From assembly GCA_043825875.1 (NCBI GenBank), contig JBDRRF010000114.1, positions 1-35,868 of the forward strand: 35,868 nucleotides of DNA. The letters run 5' to 3'. Shown here piece after piece: positions 10,743 to 18,832 of the stretch. The first letter of the stretch is position 1; each line of letters starts with the position of its first letter. The notes beneath the pieces are model-generated. The model was not told where the DNA came from. It saw only the letters and a list, made by a program, of their open reading frames with translations, and made no database searches. Origin of the DNA: Pseudomonadota bacterium. Its GTDB lineage: Bacteria; Desulfobacterota; Desulfobacteria; Desulfobacterales; RPRI01. Position numbers and translations under genes: made by a program.

Positions 10743-11747
10743 TTAGTCAATAAAGGGGGCATGATTTAAAATACGTCTTATTTCAGCATCTAGCTTCACT
10801 TCATACATTGTTGGTACAATTTCAGTCATCATATGTTCTTTTTTCAATTTCCGGCTAAATACCGCTTTGGCACCGATATTGTCATAGATCTCTTTAACCT
10901 CAACCGTGGTGGCAGCGCGCGCCATCAGGTATTTTTCCGGTCGCTTTATTTTTTGGGTGCAAAGGGACTGATATACATTGGCAACGATTGATTGAGCTAC
11001 ACTTATATTGGATATAAATATTGAATAAAAGTAAAATACCCCTTCGTGCAAGGTAATAATGTCGCTCATAGCTCCGGCCGTCAGATTAAACTCAAAGACC
11101 TTATGTTTTTTGAGTTTTTGGTATATGTCCATTTTGATGGGTAAACATACCGTATGACCCACATAATGGCCCCAATGGTCGAAGACTATCCGATTGAACT
11201 CAGGAATGATTTTTGCCGCTGCCTTTATAACGTCTGCTCCCACCAACATCTCTGTCCCATATATATCACGATGAGAAGAAAGGATCTTTTTAATCTGCTT
11301 GTCATTTGTAATGCGGTCATTGTGAATGATAATTTCTTCTGACGATTGTGAGCTCTTATAGGAATTATGGCTGAAAAAATTGATAAACTGAACATCATCA
11401 AGTGTTGAATAGGCAAACCGTCTTTTTCGCAGAGAATACCAAATTGGCTGGTCAATATTCAGAGCGGCAAGCACTTGCATTGGGATACCGGTTGCTTCAG
11501 AAAAATCATGAAGGCTATCGATGTGGGCACGACGACTGTTTGCCTCCCATCTTTGTATTTCACGCACACTGACGCCGACAGATTCTGCCAAAGTCTCCTG
11601 GCTCATCTCTCGCCACTGCCGATAAACTCTGAGTAAAGAGCCGAGCGATTTATAAATTCTAAGATCGCCTGTTGCCATCCTGGCGGAGTCGATTGGCGAC
11701 ATTTTTGGTCGTGGTTTTAAAACCATAGGCGACTTATACTTTCGCAA
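10743..11747 (-). CDS. XRE-family HTH transcriptional regulator with large C-terminal domain (true start may be a downstream ATG)
   Basis: LRVYRQWREMSQETLAESVGVSVREIQRWEAN is a Cro/CI-type HTH; divergent from the esterase gene. Confidence 0.8.
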   Translation of the reverse strand: MRKYKSPMVLKPRPKMSPIDSARMATGDLRIYKSLGSLLRVYRQWREMSQETLAESVGVSVREIQRWEANSRRAHIDSLHDFSEATGIPMQVLAALNIDQPIWYSLRKRRFAYSTLDDVQFINFFSHNSYKSSQSSEEIIIHNDRITNDKQIKKILSSHRDIYGTEMLVGADVIKAAAKIIPEFNRIVFDHWGHYVGHTVCLPIKMDIYQKLKKHKVFEFNLTAGAMSDIITLHEGVFYFYSIFISNISVAQSIVANVYQSLCTQKIKRPEKYLMARAATTVEVKEIYDNIGAKAVFSRKLKKEHMMTEIVPTMYEVKLDAEIRRILNHAPFID

Positions 11748-11833
11748 ATAAACTGTAATAATTAATTAAAATATCATAGTTTTAAATTTAATTGAGATCG
11801 GGGATGTTTGTCAAGTACAACAATTATTACTGT

Positions 11834-12026
11834 CAGGGTAACCGCATTTCTTTTTTTCGGTTCTGATTTTGTTATCGGCGTATAGTTCACGCTGGACCAT
11901 GGTAATAGATTCTCCGGCCCAATGCTCTTTGCCCTGGAGCCAGTCGTATTTTGATTTACCGTATTGTTCGATGGCGACCCAGTTTTGAACCCCGCAGGTA
12001 ATGGCGCAAATGCTGTTAACTGCATG
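11834..12026 (-). mobile_element. ISAs1-family transposase relic, internally deleted, with one terminal IR
   Basis: A start-less minus frame not in the ORF track reads SICAITCGVQNWVAIEQYGKSKYDWLQ (ISAs1 N-terminal signature), fused to KEHWAGESITMVQRELYADNKIRTEKK (ISAs1 C-terminal region). It ends in ATGCGGTTACCCTG, i.e. an ISAs1-type CAGGG terminus at 11834 on +. Confidence 0.75.
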
Positions 12027-12103
12027 CTTTGAATTAATATTTAAACCTGTTAACCTAAATGCGAGGTTACACCATGCCTGAATATCTCAAATTATGCAAG
12101 CCT

Positions 12104-12139
12104 TGCTCCTGATAGGACAGGGGTATCCTGTCAGGAGCA
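12104..12139. repeat. 14-bp inverted repeat (operator or hairpin)
   Basis: TGCTCCTGATAGGA-N8-TCCTGTCAGGAGCA, one mismatch; lies between the divergent XRE and esterase genes. Confidence 0.6.
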
Positions 12140-12339
12140 TATTATTCCGAAATTTTTAATCTTACCCCAACTTTCAGATATACGGTCATTAGGTAATGCA
12201 AGTTTTTTTTAATTTACATTGCCCGAATAACAGAAGCAATCCGAATCAAATTATTCATTTCAATCTTAAAACTTATTCTAATTAAAGTGCTTATTGGGTT
12301 CATCACAACTATTTGTTTAACTTAAGAAAAGGAGATATT

Positions 12340-14040
12340 ATGGGGATTGAATTATTACCTAAAATCAGCAGACAAACCAAAATTTCTCATGCTTTCATCG
12401 CAATCATTGTGGCTATGTTGTTTATTTTCGGCACACCACTCATTACATCGGCAAAGTCGTCTTCACCTGGGCCCTGTATTGAGTGCGACCAAAACGCCAT
12501 CCAGGCACTCTTTCCGCCGGAAACCGAGATAACCATTAACAGTGTGACAAAGGAGTATAGAGATAACTTTCCGATGCCGTTCTGCCTTGTCGACGGCAGT
12601 GTAATTACACATGGGCCTGGTGACGAAGACGGCATTGTAAACTTCAGGGTCTCTCTTCCCGATAAATTCATCAACCGTTATCTTTTCAGTGCTCTCGGCG
12701 GTTCGGCGGGGTATCTCCACGATCCTATTACAGATCCTACATATGCCTTTTACCATAACACGTCTCAGCGCTTAATTGATGGCTATGCGGTCGCAACCTC
12801 CGATACAGGAAGCCAGACACCGGGATGCGAATACGGATTCGCATGGAACCGGACCAAGGCCTTCGACCATGACCAGCGTGGTGTCCATCTGAGTGCGGTT
12901 ATAACTCAAGCTATCACGAAAGCTTATTACGGTCTCGATACCAAGCATAAAAAGAGAAAATGTGCATCGAAGAAATTATATCGTTATATCATGGGTGGTT
13001 CAGGTGGTGGACGTAGCGGGATGGTTTCAGCTATTCATTATCCGGAAGATTTTGATGGGTACATTGTCGGTTGGCCGGGGCTCAACCCTTACAACCAAGT
13101 ATTCTTCGGCAAAATTGCCAGCTTCATTATGAATAATCCCGGAGCATGGATTTCACTTCCTGAGTTCCAACAGTTGGAAGCCGATGTAATAGCACAGTTT
13201 GACGGTTCCGACGGTGCATTAGACGGGCTTATATGGGATTATACCAAAATAAATTATGACCTGGAATCGCTCGGTATCTTCAGTCCGCTTCAGCTAGAGG
13301 CACTTGAGATTATTACGGGCGGGATCAACTTTGATGGAAAAAGTTATTATCCGGGATTCCCCCTTACTAACCCAAGCGGATGGTCTATGCTTCTCATCGG
13401 CATGGAACCTCCACCATGGGAAGGTTTGCCGGGTGTTTTACAGTGTTTCAATACTTCATCAATAGGGCTATATGGACCGGGTTATGACTTTTTAACAGAG
13501 TTCGACTTTAATAACCCGGAAGATTATTTCGACTGGGCGGAAACTTATGGAGAGGTCTTCCCAGGATCCGGGACCCAGGAACCCTCTGAACTGGATGGGT
13601 TAAGGAGAAGTGGCGGCAAAATGGTGATCTTCCACGGCGTGAGCGACAATGCTATTGCGGTCGGCGACACCATCCGCTTTTACGATGAACTGGCGGATTT
13701 GAACCACGGGTATGGCCGCACGCAAACTTTTGCCAGGTTGTTCCTTGCACCAGGTGTGTTTCATGGTTATGGCGGGCCGGGAGCTGCGGCAAATGACATT
13801 TACGAGCAAGCTTTGGAGGGCGTCGTGCGATGGGTGGAGAACGGAAAACCTCCGAAAGAGCTTAAGCCGAAATCCGCTCTGCCGGCAGAACCCCGGACCT
13901 ACTTGCTCTGCCCCTATCCTCAAAAGTCGGAGTTTCTTGGCGGTGACGTAAATGATGCATCAAACTGGATTTGCAGAAAGCCCGAACCGTCCTGGAATAA
14001 CTGGAAGAAGTGGATGAAGTTTAACCGGAATTATCATTGA
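12340..14040 (+). CDS. Secreted tannase/feruloyl esterase family alpha/beta hydrolase
   Basis: AAGGAG RBS before ATG 12340; signal peptide (..PLITSA/KS); family motifs FCLVDG, GYAVATSDTG, YxxGGSGGGR, YPEDFDG, DGxDGALDG, GGKMVIFHGVSD, RLFLAPGVFH, WVENGKPP, LCPYP. Confidence 0.9.
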   Translation: MGIELLPKISRQTKISHAFIAIIVAMLFIFGTPLITSAKSSSPGPCIECDQNAIQALFPPETEITINSVTKEYRDNFPMPFCLVDGSVITHGPGDEDGIVNFRVSLPDKFINRYLFSALGGSAGYLHDPITDPTYAFYHNTSQRLIDGYAVATSDTGSQTPGCEYGFAWNRTKAFDHDQRGVHLSAVITQAITKAYYGLDTKHKKRKCASKKLYRYIMGGSGGGRSGMVSAIHYPEDFDGYIVGWPGLNPYNQVFFGKIASFIMNNPGAWISLPEFQQLEADVIAQFDGSDGALDGLIWDYTKINYDLESLGIFSPLQLEALEIITGGINFDGKSYYPGFPLTNPSGWSMLLIGMEPPPWEGLPGVLQCFNTSSIGLYGPGYDFLTEFDFNNPEDYFDWAETYGEVFPGSGTQEPSELDGLRRSGGKMVIFHGVSDNAIAVGDTIRFYDELADLNHGYGRTQTFARLFLAPGVFHGYGGPGAAANDIYEQALEGVVRWVENGKPPKELKPKSALPAEPRTYLLCPYPQKSEFLGGDVNDASNWICRKPEPSWNNWKKWMKFNRNYH

Positions 14041-14076
14041 GAACCAATAACCGCTCTTTTATACTCTGAAGCGATT

Positions 14077-14101
14077 GTGGGCCGGATACCGTCCGGCCCA
14101 C
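14077..14101. terminator. GC-rich hairpin between convergent genes (terminator or REP-like)
   Basis: GTGGGCCGGA-TACCG-TCCGGCCCAC, perfect 10-bp stem; no clear U-tract. Confidence 0.5.
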
Positions 14102-14226
14102 TCAACAAGCCTTACTCAAATTATATAAATGATGATCAAGTCCTTATAATTTCTTGCTTCTATATTTTCTCTAATTTAAATAAGAGCCTTAAGCAGGCTT
14201 GATGCGATACAATTCTTTGTCTACTA

Positions 14227-14745
14227 TCAATTTTGATTCTGATCACGCGAGCCTTTGCTCCAGGGTAATTTCGCGTAAGATAACCAAAATAACACCGCTG
14301 CCACAATAGTAAACGTCCAGTAATCAACAGGTATATTTAAGAACCATTGCTTGTGCCACGGAATTTTATCCGGTGAAAAATTAGCAATTCCAAAGGCAGG
14401 GTTTAGTATAAACCAGAGAAAATCCTCTATGATCCAGAAAAGCATAAGAGATGCGATGATTCTGGCTTCAATTTTTAATGACCAATTGAAATTAATAAAC
14501 ACTCCGAGATGAAATACCAGAAACATAAAGCTAAATACCCATGCATGATAACCGGTCATCGGTCTTCCGCCCCAGAATATATCAAGCAGCCAGTGATTTT
14601 CAACCCTCCATGTAGGAAGGCTTGCAGCCCAGCCTTCGGGGCCTTCAATTTGAATCTCTACTTGCGAGAAAAATAATGCCGTAAGAATTACCCAGAAGAG
14701 TAGAAGCGCCAGCTCCACCTTCCATGATTTTTGTTTTATTCCCAT
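14227..14745 (-). CDS. Hypothetical integral membrane protein (about 4 TM)
   Basis: 172 aa, hydrophobic and Trp-rich; starts 6 nt after the glycosyltransferase stop. Confidence 0.8.
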   Translation of the reverse strand: MGIKQKSWKVELALLLFWVILTALFFSQVEIQIEGPEGWAASLPTWRVENHWLLDIFWGGRPMTGYHAWVFSFMFLVFHLGVFINFNWSLKIEARIIASLMLFWIIEDFLWFILNPAFGIANFSPDKIPWHKQWFLNIPVDYWTFTIVAAVLFWLSYAKLPWSKGSRDQNQN

Positions 14746-14751
14746 TGCTTC

Positions 14752-15807
14752 CTACTTTGTAACCATATCAATAATTTCATCAAGTTTTTTAAATGTTTCA
14801 CTGTTGCCGTTTTGTTTATACTGATTGATATTGTGCTGAAAAACATCCAGATCAAAAAGAAATGCTTTTATCGAATCAGAAGAAAATTCATTAAAATGTC
14901 TTCCATATCCGCATGTTTCAATATATGCCGCATTCACGTATTGTTCAAATTGTCCTTTTATCGGAACACTGCATACCGGTTTTTTTAAATAAACCGCTTC
15001 GCTTAGAAGAGAAAACCCGCCATTTGCAATTACCGCTTTTGCTGAAGAAAGATCTTCAATAAAATCATCCTCACTGAATTCTTTTAAAATGACATTGTTG
15101 CAAAGTTCACTTTTGTTAAATCCATAAACGACAAAATTTGTTTTGGAAAGCTGCTTTAAAACCGGGATAATATTGTTTTGGCTTGCCGAAGTTTGATAAA
15201 CAAGGATGTGTTCTCCTGGTTTACTATGTGTGTTTAGTATTTTATTTCTTAAAATAGGAGGAACAAGAGAAGTATTTTTTTTGATGGTCTGGGCATTGAA
15301 AAAAGAAGTAATTAAATAATAGTTTGCATTGGGCACCTTTGCCTTAACAATATTTTTGGCAATGCGATAGTTGCTCTTTTCCGATTTAGGGATAGCAAAG
15401 TCGAGTTCGCAGCGGTTCAGTACTTGTATATTATCAATGCAAATTAACGGCGTTTTATTGAACTTGGCAAAGAAAAAGGCAAAGGAGTCAAAATCGGATA
15501 TAACCAGGTCCGGCTTGAATTCTTTATGGACTTCCCAATATTTATTGAAATTGGTAATCAGGTCCTTCGGTCCGTTTTTCAGCAGCATTGATGCAGAATT
15601 ATATTTTGAAACTTTTCCATTCTTATAGGCAAGGTGAAAACCCTTTATTTCAAAAACCTTTTCGGGAAAGCGTTCTTTCAGAAACAGGTATGCCCTGTCG
15701 CTGGTTACTATCCTCACATCGTGATGCTTTACCAGGTGCGATATGATAACATTACTACGAGTGGCATGCCCCATTCCCTCGCTCGGCAACCCGTATAATA
15801 TTTTCAA
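14752..15807 (-). CDS. GT-B glycosyltransferase, MJ1255/VC2487-like
   Basis: MKILYG..EGMGHATRS, PDLVISDF, PPILR, ILVY, NGGFSLLSEA, GQFEQYVNA; TTG at 15807 is 6 nt after AAAGGAG and is preferred to the longer track start. Confidence 0.85.
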   Translation of the reverse strand: MKILYGLPSEGMGHATRSNVIISHLVKHHDVRIVTSDRAYLFLKERFPEKVFEIKGFHLAYKNGKVSKYNSASMLLKNGPKDLITNFNKYWEVHKEFKPDLVISDFDSFAFFFAKFNKTPLICIDNIQVLNRCELDFAIPKSEKSNYRIAKNIVKAKVPNANYYLITSFFNAQTIKKNTSLVPPILRNKILNTHSKPGEHILVYQTSASQNNIIPVLKQLSKTNFVVYGFNKSELCNNVILKEFSEDDFIEDLSSAKAVIANGGFSLLSEAVYLKKPVCSVPIKGQFEQYVNAAYIETCGYGRHFNEFSSDSIKAFLFDLDVFQHNINQYKQNGNSETFKKLDEIIDMVTK

Positions 15808-15939
15808 GAGCATCTCCTTTTTTTGATAACAGGATTTTTTCAACGCGCCAGGGGCAGCGCGGTTTTTTGCGCCACCCTTACTACAGGATAGTAAATCTCG
15901 TTGTTAATTTATCTCAAAAATTTATGATCGGATATAAAG

Positions 15940-15993
15940 ATTTAACGGTCCTGATCACCTGGAAGCAGGGCGCAAGCCATGCGGTTGTTAGCC
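15940..15993 (-). other. Degenerate attC-like site
   Basis: Minus strand GGCTAAC-AACCGCATG...CAGGTGATCAGGACC-GTTAAAT just after the stop of 16017-16871; only 54 bp and the L boxes pair poorly. Confidence 0.35.
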
Positions 15994-16016
15994 AATCCCG
16001 CAGGCTACTTATACTG

Positions 16017-16871
16017 TTATTTAGCGCCAAACAATCGTTCAGCAGCCCTTCGTCCAGTTTTTTGATATTTATTATAGCTTTCGGCAGCTGCTTTTTTTAC
16101 TTGGATCTCATTTCCTCCTGCTATCCATTGTTTGATTGCAGCATGAAGCGAATAAGCTTCCGGTGCCATAAGGCCTGTCGTTAAAAGCAGCGGAGAAGAC
16201 CCTAACTTTTTAAGTCGAGGCAAGAAATATTGTTCACTCTTACACGCTAATACAATGGCATCATTTTCTATCTTATTCGATTCCGCTTTCGGATTGGAAA
16301 TAGTTAAGTTTTTGACACCAACATAATCCATTAACGCATTGTGACCGACATAGACTATCAGATGAGCATTGCCTCCAGCGTGAAGCTTTTTGTCTTTCAA
16401 TTGAACATCAAAAACATCTTTTCCTGCATTATAGTTCAAGAAATGCTCAATGGTGTCTTTAATAAATTTCCCATCCCAAGCATCAGCTACTATATAAACG
16501 GGAATATTGTAGCCATTACGTGAAAAGATTTTTTTAAGCACCAGCCTTTCTAAAATTCGTTTATCATGGGGTTTTAAAGTGACGACTTTTTCCCATCCGC
16601 CGTCCTTTATCATATAGGTTTTGACGCCATATCTTGCTCCCCAATAAAGGTTAGTTCGAGCGTCTTGTCCATTACCTATTGCCTCTGGTACAGGCACAAT
16701 CCATTGATTTTTATTGTCAGCGAGCGCGACAGAAACCTGAATCACTATGGGTTTTTCAATAGCAATATCATTATCAATACGCGTCTGGGTATTTGAGCCC
16801 AACGCAATATAACTATGACTTAATAAAATAATCAGAACAATTATAAATGGTCTTCTTGTTTTCATCTTCAC
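16017..16871 (-). CDS. Secreted hypothetical protein (284 aa), possible gene-cassette ORF
   Basis: N-terminal basic plus hydrophobic signal; long open frame with motifs NLYWGARYGVK, YVGHNALMD, LACKS, TTGLMAPEAY. Confidence 0.8.
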   Translation of the reverse strand: MKMKTRRPFIIVLIILLSHSYIALGSNTQTRIDNDIAIEKPIVIQVSVALADNKNQWIVPVPEAIGNGQDARTNLYWGARYGVKTYMIKDGGWEKVVTLKPHDKRILERLVLKKIFSRNGYNIPVYIVADAWDGKFIKDTIEHFLNYNAGKDVFDVQLKDKKLHAGGNAHLIVYVGHNALMDYVGVKNLTISNPKAESNKIENDAIVLACKSEQYFLPRLKKLGSSPLLLTTGLMAPEAYSLHAAIKQWIAGGNEIQVKKAAAESYNKYQKTGRRAAERLFGAK

Positions 16872-17248
16872 TCTTTATTCGGTGCTAACAAGTAATTATA
16901 CAATATTGATATCTTCCAATTCAGGATGATAAACAAATTTGAATAAAAATATTTTGATTCTCCTGAACAATCATCAATCATTTAAATTAATTTGAAATTA
17001 TATATTCTATTTACAACCTTTTTGCAATGATATTCAGAATATCGCCTGAAGTGATAGTAATCCTATGCGGCAGGTCGTGGGCTTACCTGCTATCTAATTA
17101 TTGGAAGCCTTTTTGCGAGTCAATTACCAGATATGACAATCAAAATAATGGCAATAATTTTCTTGTTATGATACACTCTTGAACATATCTTGGGCAGGGA
17201 AAAAGGTAGGTATTTAAACCCATGATGCATTGTAATCATTAATTAAAA

Positions 17249-17346
17249 TGGCGGAAGTGCATGGGAATCGAACCCACCCGGGACGGTATTAGCGCCCCAC
17301 ACCGGATTTGAAGTCCGGGAGCCCCACCAGTGAACTGCGCACTTCC
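17249..17346 (-). tRNA. selC: tRNA-Sec (anticodon TCA)
   Basis: 98 nt GGAAGTGC...GCACTTCC-G-CCA with 8-bp acceptor stem; anticodon arm CCGGA-CTTCAAA-TCCGG; long variable arm; GGTTCGATTCC T-loop. Confidence 0.97.
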
Positions 17347-17507
17347 AATTAATTGTTGGCATATAATAGTAGTCCCCGTATATTTGTCAATCATTTTATA
17401 TCATGGCGATTTTTTATAAAGGCATTATGCTATAAATAAATATAACAGACTATTGTAAACCGGATGCATAAGTTATAAAACATTCAATAGAAAAAGGTTA
17501 TACAATA

Positions 17508-17648
17508 GAGCCGCTTTCAAAACGTTTCAGTTTGGTCAAGCTCAAGGCGGGAGAAAATATCAACCGCAGGAATACATTAAGTATTTCGAGGATTGAAATT
17601 TGAGCCCAACGCAGAGATCGGCTAAAATGGGGCGTTTGAAACTGGCTC
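17508..17648 (-). mobile_element. MITE copy 2 (141 bp), 4-bp TSD AATA
   Basis: AATA-GAGCCGCTTTCAAAACG...CGTTTGAAACTGGCTC-AATA; reverse complement of copies 1 and 3. Confidence 0.88.
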
Positions 17649-17674
17649 AATAAGGTAAATCTAATGGAGTTCAT

Positions 17675-18820
17675 ATGATTAACAGCAAAAGACTTGCGGA
17701 TACATTCCGTTTTCTTGTCGGGATAGACAGTGTTTCAAAACAGGAAGGCAAAATTGCGGCAGAATTAAAAAAGATTTTTGAATCTATGGGGGCCAAAACC
17801 GCTTTTGACAATGCGGGAGAAATTATCGGAAGCGATACCGGAAATCTGATTGTAAAGTTTAACGGCAATAAGAAGTCCCATCCCCTTCTTTTGAATGCAC
17901 ATATGGATACGGTAGAGCCGGGAAAAGGTATTGTACCTGTATTTAAAGACGGCGTTTTTACAAGTGACGGCAGTACAATACTCGGAGCAGACGATAAAAG
18001 CGCGATAGCAATACTGATAGAAGTAATGACGGTTCTTAAGGAAAATAATATAGAATTTGGACCAATCGAGATCGTTTTTACCATATGTGAAGAAATCGGA
18101 CTGCTGGGAGCAAAACATCTTGATATGAGTCTTATAAATGCAAAATACGGATATGCACTTGATGCTACTGATACGGAAGGTATAGTTACACGCGCTCCGG
18201 GCGCTAACAGGCTTGAGTTTATAATTCACGGGCGGGATGCCCATGCAGGAGCTGCTCCCGAAAAGGGCATAAATGCTATTGTTCTTGCCGGAAAAGCAAT
18301 TGCCGGGCTTGAGATTGGACGTATCGACCGCGAAACAACATGCAATCTTGGTATAATAAAAGGCGGTGTAGCAACAAATATTATCCCAAGTTATGTCAGT
18401 ATTAAGGGTGAGGTCAGAAGCCACAACAATGAAAAGCTTAAAGAAGTCACAAATAAAATAATATCTTCTTTTGAAAATGTTATTAAAAACTACCAGGACA
18501 ATTCATCCGATGCCCTTCCAAGAGTAGACATTATTGTGGATGATGATTTTTCAAGCACAAACATCCCCGAAAACCATACGGTTGTAAATTTAGCCAAACA
18601 GGCTGCTGCCAATCTTGGCAGAAAAATGATAACAAAAATTACAGGGGGCGGAGCGGATGCCAATATATTTTTTGCAAAAGGTATTATGACAGGAGTTATA
18701 GGCACCGGCATGATAGATATGCATACTGTGCGGGAATCGGTTAAAGTAGATGATATGGTAAAAACCGGCGAACTTTTACTTGAGATTATAAAGCTTCATT
18801 CAATTTCTATCCCAGGCTGA
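17675..18820 (+). CDS. M20-family metallopeptidase (peptidase T-like)
   Basis: NAHMDTV, LGADDK, EEIGLLGA, GRDAHAG, GGGADAN, MHTVRE metal-ligand motifs. Confidence 0.92.
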   Translation: MINSKRLADTFRFLVGIDSVSKQEGKIAAELKKIFESMGAKTAFDNAGEIIGSDTGNLIVKFNGNKKSHPLLLNAHMDTVEPGKGIVPVFKDGVFTSDGSTILGADDKSAIAILIEVMTVLKENNIEFGPIEIVFTICEEIGLLGAKHLDMSLINAKYGYALDATDTEGIVTRAPGANRLEFIIHGRDAHAGAAPEKGINAIVLAGKAIAGLEIGRIDRETTCNLGIIKGGVATNIIPSYVSIKGEVRSHNNEKLKEVTNKIISSFENVIKNYQDNSSDALPRVDIIVDDDFSSTNIPENHTVVNLAKQAAANLGRKMITKITGGGADANIFFAKGIMTGVIGTGMIDMHTVRESVKVDDMVKTGELLLEIIKLHSISIPG

Positions 18821-18832
18821 AGGGAAATATAT

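Noticed and set aside
11681..11693. att duplicate of the selC 3' end (TGGCGGAGTC)
   Set aside because: Too short, mismatched and inside a coding region.
11774..12025. 83-aa ORF in the track
   Set aside because: Alternative frame over the ISAs1 relic; the transposase similarity is in another frame.
14038..14101. Selenocysteine read-through of the esterase TGA, given selC nearby and a downstream hairpin
   Set aside because: The protein is already complete, the hairpin starts 36 nt after the TGA, and the read-through sequence has no recognisable motif. No other TGA-ending gene in the window looked truncated either.
15867..16184. 105-aa plus-strand ORF
   Set aside because: Overlaps the 284-aa gene antisense and runs through the attC-like DNA; no RBS.
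17765..18424. 219-aa antisense ORF and the other short overlapping ORFs
   Set aside because: Shadows of well-supported genes on the opposite strand or frame, with no motifs.
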